A DNA stretch of 24,000 nt. Origin: Mycobacterium phage GenevaB15. Below the pieces are notes generated by a model, which saw only the letters and a program-made list of their open reading frames with translations, searched no databases and was not told where the DNA came from. The stretch lies in the sequence record MF319184.1; one strand, given 5' to 3'. A program made the translations under genes and the position numbers. Below are positions 13,042 through 20,435 of this stretch, in pieces (the first letter of the stretch is position 1; the number at the start of each line of letters is the position of its first letter).

Positions 13042-13114
13042 CCCGTCATCATCTAGAGGCCTAGGATGCCACTCTGTCGAAGTGGTCACACGGGTTCAAA
13101 TCCCGTTGGCGGGA
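13042..13114 (+). tRNA. tRNA-Asp (GTC)
   Basis: Acceptor CCCGTCA/TGGCGGG, anticodon arm CCACT-CTGTCGA-AGTGG, T-arm ACGGG-TTCAAAT-CCCGT. Confidence 0.93.
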
Positions 13115-13191
13115 CGCGCACCGGCTGATCCCCGGTAAAGCAGTCAGTCAGATCTGCATGAGGTGAAATCCCTCGAATCAAAACTGGCTCT

Positions 13192-13262
13192 GGTTCATTG
13201 GTGTAATGGCAGCATTCCAGATTCTCAATCTGGCGGCAGGGGTTCAACTCCCCTATGAACTA
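13192..13262 (+). tRNA. tRNA-Glu (CTC)
   Basis: Acceptor GGTTCAT/ATGAACT, anticodon arm CCAGA-TTCTCAA-TCTGG, T-arm AGGGG-TTCAACT-CCCCT. Confidence 0.92.
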
Positions 13263-13266
13263 CAGC

Positions 13267-13297
13267 AAGGCCCTCAGCACACGCTGGGGGCCTTTTT
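13267..13297 (+). terminator. rho-independent terminator ending the tRNA array
   Basis: AAGGCCCTCAGC-ACAC-GCTGGGGGCCTTTTT. Confidence 0.9.
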
Positions 13298-13302
13298 CGT
13301 GC

Positions 13303-13327
13303 CCTGACCTGCGATTACAGGATCGTG
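13303..13327 (-). promoter_or_regulatory. 25-nt repeat containing TCCTGTAATCGC on the minus strand (copy 4)
   Basis: CCTGACCTGCGATTACAGGATCGTG, identical to 16906-16930; directly after a terminator. Confidence 0.6.
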
Positions 13328-13347
13328 GGATTCTACTCAGCGTGAGC

Positions 13348-13776
13348 ATGAAGAAAGCATTGATCGCGATTCCCGTTGCGGCACTGGCTAGTTCGGTGCT
13401 GCTGGTGGGATGTGGTGACACCACCATCTCCTGCGAGTCGATGGGCAGCGTTGCGCTGCAGTCGATTGAATATCCGCTGCCCCTCAAGCCTGGTGGCGGC
13501 GGTGGTACCGGTGGCCGGGGAGGCTCGAGCGGTGGTAGCCGCAGCGGTGGCTCTTACGGCCAGAGCAAGCCGAAGCCTGCAGCCCCGCGTCCTCAGCCGA
13601 AGCCCGCGAAGCCCCCGCAGTCGGGCAACACCACGATCATCAACCATCCTCCCGGCTATCGCGGCGGCGGCGGATCCGATCCCATGATGCCGTTCATCGG
13701 CGGTCTGCTGGTCGGTGACGCACTGTCCGACGGCGGCGGTGGCAACCATGGTGGCGGCAACGGCGGTCACTGCTGA
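13348..13776 (+). CDS. Gly/Pro-rich predicted lipoprotein
   Basis: Signal peptide MKKALIAIPVAALASSVLLVGC (lipobox) followed by Gly/Pro/Ser-rich region. Confidence 0.8.
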   Translation: MKKALIAIPVAALASSVLLVGCGDTTISCESMGSVALQSIEYPLPLKPGGGGGTGGRGGSSGGSRSGGSYGQSKPKPAAPRPQPKPAKPPQSGNTTIINHPPGYRGGGGSDPMMPFIGGLLVGDALSDGGGGNHGGGNGGHC

Positions 13777-13970
13777 TGCCCGCCCTCGGAGCCCTGGTCG
13801 TCAAGCCGTATCCCGGCCAGGAGATGTGGGTGCAGGCCCTCGCCGACGGTGACTACGAGGTCGGTGTGCAGTTCAACAAGAACCAGTACACGATGATCGA
13901 AGTCAACCGCGAGCAGCTGGAGCAGTTCTCCACGAACATCATTGCGGTTCTGCTCGATACGGGCCTGTGA
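13776..13970 (+). CDS. hypothetical protein
   Basis: 64 aa ORF. Confidence 0.6.
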   Translation: MPALGALVVKPYPGQEMWVQALADGDYEVGVQFNKNQYTMIEVNREQLEQFSTNIIAVLLDTGL

Positions 13971-14044
13971 ACCCGCTCGTCTTCCTGATCATCCTCTTCC
14001 TCATGGCCCTCGCCCTGGCCATCCTCGTGAATGGAACTACATGA
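13967..14044 (+). CDS. small membrane peptide (25 aa)
   Basis: MNPLVFLIILFLMALALAILVNGTT, overlaps upstream stop and rtcB start. Confidence 0.4.
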   Translation: MNPLVFLIILFLMALALAILVNGTT

Positions 14045-15282
14045 GCACAACCCTTGCCCCGAAGGTCATCTCGTTCGCCAGCGAGATCGACCAGGCAACC
14101 ATCGATCAGGCGATGCAGATCGCGTCGATGCCATTCGTCTACCCCCACCTGGCGTTGATGCCGGATGCCCACTCGGGCAAAGGTTCTGCTGTGGGGACGG
14201 TGATCCCCACGAAGGGTGCTGTGATCCCTGCTGCGGTGGGTGTGGACATCGGCTGCGGCATGATCGCGGTGAAGACCCGCTTCACGCTGCTGGACATCGA
14301 TGAGCGCCGTCTGCGCCTGGACGTTCTGCGTCGTCAGATCGAGGAAGCGATCCCGCTTTCACCCGGTAACTACAACTCGACGCTGTCGCGGTTCTCGTTC
14401 ACCCGCAAGAAGCACGAGGAGTTGATCCAGCTCCAGCAGAAGAACGACGTGGACCTGTCCCATTCCCCGAAGTGGATGGAGCAGCTGGGCTCACTCGGTG
14501 GCGGCAACCACTTCATCGAGTTGTGCCTGGACGACGAGGACAACGTGTGGCTGTTCCTGCACAGCGGTTCTCGTGGTGTGGGCAACAAGATCGCCCAGGT
14601 CCACATCAAGGCGGCGCAGGAGTATTGCGCATTCGGGTGGTCGCACAACAACGAGGTCAACCGGTACCGCGCCACGGACCCGGCGATGTACAAGCTCCCG
14701 CACAAGGATTTGGCGTTCCTCGAAGAGGGCACCATCCAGTTCGACACGTACATCAAGGAACTCGAATGGGCACAGCGGTTCGCGATGCTGAACCGTGCCG
14801 AGATGATGGACCGGTACGTCGAGGTCTTCGCATGGTGGATGGGCGTACAGGCTCAGCGGGTCGAGCTGCAGCGCGTGAACACCCACCACAACTACACCGT
14901 GCCGACTGAGATCGACGGCGAGCGTGTGTGGTTGGCGCGCAAGGGCGCTGTGGACGCCACTGAGGGCAAGCTGGGCATCATCCCCGGCTCCATGGGCACC
15001 CGGTCCTACATCGTTCGCGGTAAGGGCTGCAAGGAGGGCCTGTGGTCCGCTCCGCATGGTGCTGGGCGCAAGTTCTCCCGCACGAAGGCCAAGGAGCACT
15101 TCACGGTCGATGACCTGAAGGCTCAGATGCAGGGCATCGAGTGGCGCGAGGACATCGCCGAGAAGCTCGTTGACGAGATCCCCGCCTGCTACAAGGACAT
15201 CGACCAGGTGATGGCCGACGCGGAGCCCCTGGTGGAGGTCGTGACCGGCCTGCGCCAGATCTTGAACGTGAAGGGCACCTAG
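14041..15282 (+). CDS. rtcB: RtcB family RNA ligase
   Basis: DAHSGKGSAVGTVIP, VGVDIGCGM, LGSLGGGNHFIE, HSGSRGVGN, PGSMGTRSYIV motifs. Confidence 0.95.
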   Translation: MSTTLAPKVISFASEIDQATIDQAMQIASMPFVYPHLALMPDAHSGKGSAVGTVIPTKGAVIPAAVGVDIGCGMIAVKTRFTLLDIDERRLRLDVLRRQIEEAIPLSPGNYNSTLSRFSFTRKKHEELIQLQQKNDVDLSHSPKWMEQLGSLGGGNHFIELCLDDEDNVWLFLHSGSRGVGNKIAQVHIKAAQEYCAFGWSHNNEVNRYRATDPAMYKLPHKDLAFLEEGTIQFDTYIKELEWAQRFAMLNRAEMMDRYVEVFAWWMGVQAQRVELQRVNTHHNYTVPTEIDGERVWLARKGAVDATEGKLGIIPGSMGTRSYIVRGKGCKEGLWSAPHGAGRKFSRTKAKEHFTVDDLKAQMQGIEWREDIAEKLVDEIPACYKDIDQVMADAEPLVEVVTGLRQILNVKGT

Positions 15283-15552
15283 ATGGCGGTCGTGGCTCGA
15301 ATCACGGTGCAGCGCCAGCGTGTCAAGACCCTCGGTCTGAACCTGGACTACTTCAAGACCGACTGGCAGCGGCTGGAGCAGTTCAGGCTTAGCGCCCTGG
15401 ACGACGACGACGGCCCGTTCCGCGAGGGCTGGCGTGTCACCAACGTCGACAACTTCGTGGCTGTCCCACCTCTGCGGGACACCTCCCTATCCACCTGCTA
15501 CGCGCGAATCACTGAGGAGCGCGTGGTCGTAATCAACTCGGAGATCTCATGA
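15283..15552 (+). CDS. hypothetical protein
   Basis: 89 aa ORF adjacent to rtcB. Confidence 0.6.
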   Translation: MAVVARITVQRQRVKTLGLNLDYFKTDWQRLEQFRLSALDDDDGPFREGWRVTNVDNFVAVPPLRDTSLSTCYARITEERVVVINSEIS

Positions 15553-16055
15553 CCGACCACACCGCAATCGACATCGACTTCGATCCACTCGTGCAGCGCA
15601 TGACCGGCGTTGCGCGACACGGCAATACGTTCTTCGACGTGCCGTACGTGTCCCAGATCGAGGGTGATCTGTGGCAGGGCGGCTGCCGCGACGACCTGAT
15701 CCTGCCGCGCAACATCATGAACGTGGTGTCGCTGTACCCATGGGAGCGGTACGAGATCCAGCACGAGGTGGACACCGAGCTGTACGTCCGCATGTACGAC
15801 TCGGAGGACCAAGGGTTCGAGCAGGTCGAGTCGCTGGCCGAGTTCGTCAACGACCGTCTCGACTCGGGGCCGGTGCTGGTGCATTGCCAGGCAGGCCTGA
15901 ACCGTTCCTCCTTGCTTGCGGCCAAGGTACTGCATCAGCGGTACGGCTGGTCGGGTGACCGGATCCTCACGCACCTGCGGATGAAGCGTTCGCCAGCTGT
16001 GCTGTGCAACCGGTCATTCCAGCGCGAGGTGCAGTCGTGGCCGGGGACGGACTGA
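15549..16055 (+). CDS. dual-specificity/tyrosine protein phosphatase-like
   Basis: VLVHCQAGLNRSS matches HCx5R phosphatase loop. Confidence 0.85.
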   Translation: MTDHTAIDIDFDPLVQRMTGVARHGNTFFDVPYVSQIEGDLWQGGCRDDLILPRNIMNVVSLYPWERYEIQHEVDTELYVRMYDSEDQGFEQVESLAEFVNDRLDSGPVLVHCQAGLNRSSLLAAKVLHQRYGWSGDRILTHLRMKRSPAVLCNRSFQREVQSWPGTD

Positions 16056-16258
16056 GGCACGGAGCGTCCCGCTACAACAAGGGATGCCGGTGTGTGGTTT
16101 GCACCGAGGGTAAGACCGCCTCACAGCGACGGTGGCGGCAGAAGAAGGGGTTAGGTACCGGCAAGGTCGGTACCCCCCGTAAGTACGGGAGCGATGGCTC
16201 CCCGAAGAGGCCCCCGATGCCAGTGCGACGGGGCCTGCCGAGTGATTGGACGTATTAG
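16037..16258 (+). CDS. small basic Cys-containing protein
   Basis: RHGASRYNKGCRCVVCTEGKTASQRRWRQKKG; start codon uncertain. Confidence 0.6.
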   Translation: MAGDGLRHGASRYNKGCRCVVCTEGKTASQRRWRQKKGLGTGKVGTPRKYGSDGSPKRPPMPVRRGLPSDWTY

Positions 16259-16465
16259 GTGACCCCACAAGAGTTCTACAGCGCGGTGGAATGGGAGGGC
16301 GGGCTCTGTGAAGCCGTCTTCGGGTATGGGTTGAGCGACTCGGATCTGGACGACTCGGATCCCGAGCTGAAGGAAGCGATCCGCGAGATGAAGGCCATGG
16401 AGCCGGTGATCGACCGTGCCCGTGAGGCCCTCAACAAGCACGAGTCAGTCTGGATCCCTGAATGA
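16259..16465 (+). CDS. hypothetical protein
   Basis: 68 aa GTG-start ORF. Confidence 0.6.
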   Translation: MTPQEFYSAVEWEGGLCEAVFGYGLSDSDLDDSDPELKEAIREMKAMEPVIDRAREALNKHESVWIPE

Positions 16466-16674
16466 CCTACAACAACGTCAACGAATTGTCTTGGCAGTTC
16501 ACCGTGTTCGGGATCGAGCTGTCCGCACTCAACATCCAGTGGAAGACGAGTGAGCAGCCCGTCCCGGTACCTGCTCGAGCGTGGGTGCGTCTCCCCAAGG
16601 AGCGCCGCCTCACGATTGTGGACCGGCTCGTGAAGGGCACGTCCAACGTCTGGGTGAAGCGGATGAACAAGTGA
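16462..16674 (+). CDS. hypothetical protein
   Basis: 70 aa ORF, ATGA overlap. Confidence 0.6.
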   Translation: MTYNNVNELSWQFTVFGIELSALNIQWKTSEQPVPVPARAWVRLPKERRLTIVDRLVKGTSNVWVKRMNK

Positions 16675-16910
16675 GTCTCAATCCCATTGAGAAGCTGCAG
16701 GCGATTGAGCGGATCGCGTCTACCGCGAGCTGGCAGGAACGTGCCATCACACCCACGCACTTCGCCCGATTCTGCGCTGAGATCCTGCGCGTGATCGACA
16801 TTGATGAGCTGGATCAGACGTGCCCTCGCTGTGGGTCCATCGACACCTGGTGGGCTCCCGGCGTGGACGGTCACGAACTGGTCTGCAATACATGCAGATT
16901 AGGCACCTGA
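16671..16910 (+). CDS. zinc-ribbon-like small protein
   Basis: CPRCGSIDTWWAPGVDGHELVCNTCR. Confidence 0.65.
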   Translation: MSLNPIEKLQAIERIASTASWQERAITPTHFARFCAEILRVIDIDELDQTCPRCGSIDTWWAPGVDGHELVCNTCRLGT

Positions 16911-16930
16911 CCTGCGATTACAGGATCGTG
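16906..16930 (-). promoter_or_regulatory. 25-nt repeat containing TCCTGTAATCGC on the minus strand (copy 5)
   Basis: CCTGACCTGCGATTACAGGATCGTG just upstream of the ATG at 16944. Confidence 0.6.
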
Positions 16931-16943
16931 TGAGGGTACTGGC

Positions 16944-17657
16944 ATGAGCTACTACTGGTTCAACAGCAACCCGGTTGAGATGGGTCCGCGACAGCCCGTT
17001 GTGGACTATCTCGGTCAGATTGAGTCGACCCCGAACTTGCGCCGCGCCAGCCTGTCGAACGCGGTCCTGTTCGGCGGGCCTCTGCTGCGAAAGATCCTGG
17101 CGTGCGCCCCGATTGTGGGCGACCATGGGCACATCTTCGTGGACACCAAGGTCTCCATGCTGATGCCTGGCTGGTGGCCTGCGATCCCCGGCTGGCACAC
17201 CGACGGTGTACCGCGTGTGGTGCCACAGCCACCAGGATTGTTGCCTGGTGTGAAGCTGTACAGCGCTGCAGCTGCGGGTAAGCCATCACTGGTCGAGCAG
17301 GCGAGCCAGCACTTGGATGGCTACCGGCCCCGGTACCACACCATCCATGTCGGCAACGACTGCCCAACCGAGTTCATCGACGGTCTTCTGCGTCTGCCTA
17401 TCGATCACGACACGGACGAAGAGATGTACGCGGAGATGACCCGCAAGATCGACGGCTGTTCGACGCTGCGGAAGCTGAAAGCCCCTGAGGGGCAGTGGAT
17501 GAGCTGGGACTGGTGGAACATCCATCAAGCTACCCAGGCCACGCAGCGCGGCTGGCGTCTGCTGGTGCGGATCACGGAATCCGATCAGCCCCCAGTGGAT
17601 TCGGACTTCATCCGGCCACAGAACCAGGTCTACGTACCGAAGGAGTTTGGCTGGTGA
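16944..17657 (+). CDS. hypothetical protein (237 aa)
   Basis: Long ORF, no family recognised. Confidence 0.75.
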   Translation: MSYYWFNSNPVEMGPRQPVVDYLGQIESTPNLRRASLSNAVLFGGPLLRKILACAPIVGDHGHIFVDTKVSMLMPGWWPAIPGWHTDGVPRVVPQPPGLLPGVKLYSAAAAGKPSLVEQASQHLDGYRPRYHTIHVGNDCPTEFIDGLLRLPIDHDTDEEMYAEMTRKIDGCSTLRKLKAPEGQWMSWDWWNIHQATQATQRGWRLLVRITESDQPPVDSDFIRPQNQVYVPKEFGW

Positions 17658-17887
17658 GCAGAGGAGTCTACCTGCCGCAGGAGGCGTACCAGCTGCATCG
17701 CGACATCAACGAAGAGGCCGCGACCAGCGTTGTTGTGGACACCGACGACCTGTACGGACGCCACAGTCTGCAGGTGATCCACGAGGCCGCAGCGGGGGAG
17801 CGGGAGATGGCCGTGTACATGCGCCCGAAGCGGTCGTATTTCATCCGCGTGAGTGCTGCTGGCATTGAAGGGATTTGGCCTCGATGA
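17654..17887 (+). CDS. hypothetical protein
   Basis: GTG start MSRGVYLPQEAYQLHRDINEEAATS... Confidence 0.65.
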   Translation: MSRGVYLPQEAYQLHRDINEEAATSVVVDTDDLYGRHSLQVIHEAAAGEREMAVYMRPKRSYFIRVSAAGIEGIWPR

Positions 17888-18369
17888 CCCACCGAGTACT
17901 GATCACCGGCAGCCGCGACTGGACTGACCGCCACGCTGTCGGCCTGGCGCTGCAGAGTGAGCTGGAGAAGCACGGCGAGATCCTCATCCTGAACGGGATG
18001 TGTGAGCGCGGTGCCGATCTACATGCCCACGAGTACTACCTCATGCATGGGTCGAAGTGGGTGCGGGAGAAGGAATTCCCTGCCGACTGGTCGCGTGACT
18101 GCACGAGCAGCTGCTACCACAAGCCGCGCTTCAAGAATGGTCAGCGTTACTGCCCACTGGCTGGCCACCTGCGCAACCAGGCAATGGTCGACTTCGGTGC
18201 CGACGTGTGTCTGGCGTTCCCCCTTGAGGACTCGCGTGGCACGTACGACTGCATGAAGCGAGCGAAGAAGGCTGGCATCACGGTTCACAATCTCGGCTGG
18301 GGCGGCGAACGCTGTCTACCTGCCCTTCAGTATCACTCCACACCGCACAGGGGGTGCATTCTCCGATGA
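17884..18369 (+). CDS. SLOG/DUF2493 (YspA-like) protein
   Basis: HRVLITGSRDW ... NGMCERGADLHAHEYYLMHG ... RNQAMVDFGADVCLAFP. Confidence 0.8.
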   Translation: MTHRVLITGSRDWTDRHAVGLALQSELEKHGEILILNGMCERGADLHAHEYYLMHGSKWVREKEFPADWSRDCTSSCYHKPRFKNGQRYCPLAGHLRNQAMVDFGADVCLAFPLEDSRGTYDCMKRAKKAGITVHNLGWGGERCLPALQYHSTPHRGCILR

Positions 18370-18548
18370 GAGTCCGATTGGAAGTTGAGACCCATACAGG
18401 CCGCAGGATCGGGGCGTCGGTCCCCATCGCTAACGCGCTGCCCAACTGGCGGCAGCCCACACAGTGTGAGTTCAACAACGAGCGTGACCGTCTACGCCAG
18501 GCCGTTGAGCAGATATACGAGAGCATTGAGAAGGAGCTGTACGGATGA
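18366..18548 (+). CDS. hypothetical protein
   Basis: 60 aa ORF. Confidence 0.55.
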   Translation: MRVRLEVETHTGRRIGASVPIANALPNWRQPTQCEFNNERDRLRQAVEQIYESIEKELYG

Positions 18549-19225
18549 GTAACGTGTTTTTCACCTCAGACCTTCACATCGGTCACCGCAAGGTTGCGGC
18601 CAGCCGCACGCAGCGGGCTGATGGCGCACCTGCCTACCCTGATCTGGATAACATCCCAGAGTTCTTCGGGGACTACGAGGTTTCCAGGATCAACGAGATC
18701 ATGGCCGACGCTTGGGACGCGACGGTCTACGAGGCGGATGTGATCTGGGTTCTGGGTGACATCTCGTCAGGCACCACCAAGGGCCAGGAGGACGCTCTCA
18801 ACTGGCTGCGGCAACGACCTGGCCGGAAGCGTCTGATCTCTGGCAATCATGATGGCGTTCACCCGATGTACCGGGATGCCCATAAGTGGTATGCGCAGTA
18901 CTCCGAAGTGTTCGAGTCGATTTCGACAGCGGCACGGATCCGTATCCAGCTGGAGGGTGAGCAGGGGCACCTGGATGCCCTTCTGAGCCACTATCCGTAC
19001 ACGGGTGACCACACGTCCACGGATCGACACACTCAGTGGCGTCTACGGGACGAGGGGCTGCCAATCATCCATGGCCACACCCATTCGGAGAAGCGTGTGA
19101 CCCACTCGCAGAGCCACTCACTGCAGCTACATGTGGGGGTCGACGCCCGTGGTGCGTATCCGACGCCGTTGCGTGACTTGGCTCGTGTGATTCAGACCAA
19201 ACATAAGTGGGAGGGGAAGCTGTGA
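18545..19225 (+). CDS. calcineurin-like metallophosphoesterase
   Basis: FFTSDLHIGHRK ... VLGDISSG ... LISGNHD ... LSHYP ... IIHGHTHS. Confidence 0.92.
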   Translation: MSNVFFTSDLHIGHRKVAASRTQRADGAPAYPDLDNIPEFFGDYEVSRINEIMADAWDATVYEADVIWVLGDISSGTTKGQEDALNWLRQRPGRKRLISGNHDGVHPMYRDAHKWYAQYSEVFESISTAARIRIQLEGEQGHLDALLSHYPYTGDHTSTDRHTQWRLRDEGLPIIHGHTHSEKRVTHSQSHSLQLHVGVDARGAYPTPLRDLARVIQTKHKWEGKL

Positions 19226-19449
19226 CCGAGTTCTTCACCATCATCGCCCGTGAGGGTGACACGCTCTCTGCGGATACGCAGGCAAGTAGCAACGCGCACA
19301 ACAGTGTTCGGTCATACAAGACGCAGAAGGCGGCAGAGTCTGCCATCAGTCGCGGTGCGCGGGTGCCTGGTCTCAAGTACTCGGTGCTGCACACGCACAT
19401 CGCTGACGACGGCACCGTGGCGACGCGGTGGGCTGGCGGCGAGGTGTGA
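19222..19449 (+). CDS. hypothetical protein
   Basis: GTG start MTEFFTIIAREGDTLS... Confidence 0.65.
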   Translation: MTEFFTIIAREGDTLSADTQASSNAHNSVRSYKTQKAAESAISRGARVPGLKYSVLHTHIADDGTVATRWAGGEV

Positions 19450-19703
19450 CCGACCGGGAACGGCTGGAGCGCCGTGTGGGGTGGGCTCTGCACGGCATCC
19501 GGCAGTCATGGGGCTGGGAGGACAGTGCCCGCCAGGTGATGGAGGCCTTGGATGACCTGTTCCCCGAGAAGATGGAAGCAGCGGCCAAGATTGCCAACCT
19601 GCAAGCAGAGCTGAATTCCATGCAGCACCAATACCAATCGATGAAGCTGCAACTACTGAACCGCATTGCGCGGGATGAGCGGAGACGAAATGCCGATAAC
19701 TGA
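19446..19703 (+). CDS. hypothetical protein
   Basis: GTG start MTDRERLERRVGWALHGIRQSW... Confidence 0.65.
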   Translation: MTDRERLERRVGWALHGIRQSWGWEDSARQVMEALDDLFPEKMEAAAKIANLQAELNSMQHQYQSMKLQLLNRIARDERRRNADN

Positions 19704-20235
19704 AGCACCGTTCGACCACGACGGCAACATGGTGAGCTATCCACTGCAGGACTGGCAGGTGAACGAGTTCGGTCGTCACGAGCGCGTCACCAAGGCCCTG
19801 GTGCATGTCGAGCCGTTCTACGCAGAGATGCGAGTGGTGGACATCGAGCGTGGCCAGTCGGCGGCACGAATGGTGTTGCAGGACACGTTCACTGGCAAGA
19901 CATACCCACTGTTCCTGTCCGATCTCCTGCCGATGCTGCAGGAACCTCAGGATGGACTCACGGAGTTCCGTGTGCGGGGCACGTGGGCGGTGTCGAAGCG
20001 TGGCCAGAACTACGGCATCAAGCGGATCGAGCCGAGTCCCGCGACCGAATGGAGCACTCACATGCGGTCACTCTTGGGCAAGCAAGTAAGGGTGGTTCTG
20101 GCTGTCGAGGATCCTGTGGCCATCGCGGTGGGAAAGCTGCTCAGCTTCACCGTTGACGGTGAGGTCGTGGTGCAGGACGACAGTGGGATCCCGCACTACT
20201 GCTGGCCGAACCTCGAGACGGTGGAAATCCAGTGA
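19690..20235 (+). CDS. hypothetical protein
   Basis: MPITEAPFDHDGNMVSYPLQDWQVNEFG..., 181 aa. Confidence 0.7.
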   Translation: MPITEAPFDHDGNMVSYPLQDWQVNEFGRHERVTKALVHVEPFYAEMRVVDIERGQSAARMVLQDTFTGKTYPLFLSDLLPMLQEPQDGLTEFRVRGTWAVSKRGQNYGIKRIEPSPATEWSTHMRSLLGKQVRVVLAVEDPVAIAVGKLLSFTVDGEVVVQDDSGIPHYCWPNLETVEIQ

Positions 20236-20435
20236 GCCTCGGTGGGACGGAAGAGGAGTGGGCGGCAGTACGACGCGAGGTCGCCGCCAGCCCACCCCTC
20301 AGTGACCGTCAGGTGAACCGGATCTCAGTCGTTGCTGGGATCATGCCAGTGGATCTTGATGGCGTGACCGAGGGGCAGTTTGGCCGCAGAGCGACCCGTC
20401 TGCCCGACATGCTGGATCACGATCTTGTCGCATAG
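20232..20435 (+). CDS. hypothetical protein, convergent with integrase
   Basis: GTG start overlapping upstream stop; overlaps the integrase 3' end by about 110 nt. Confidence 0.45.
   Translation: MSLGGTEEEWAAVRREVAASPPLSDRQVNRISVVAGIMPVDLDGVTEGQFGRRATRLPDMLDHDLVA

Noticed and set aside
7848-13250. Most ORFs of the supplied track across the tRNA block (e.g. 7848-8279, 8983-9168, 9044-9238, 9380-9709, 10386-10763, 12058-12453, 12438-12801).
   Set aside because: They run through tRNA/tmRNA genes or structured non-coding sequence, on either strand, with no operon-style starts. They are chance frames in high-GC DNA.
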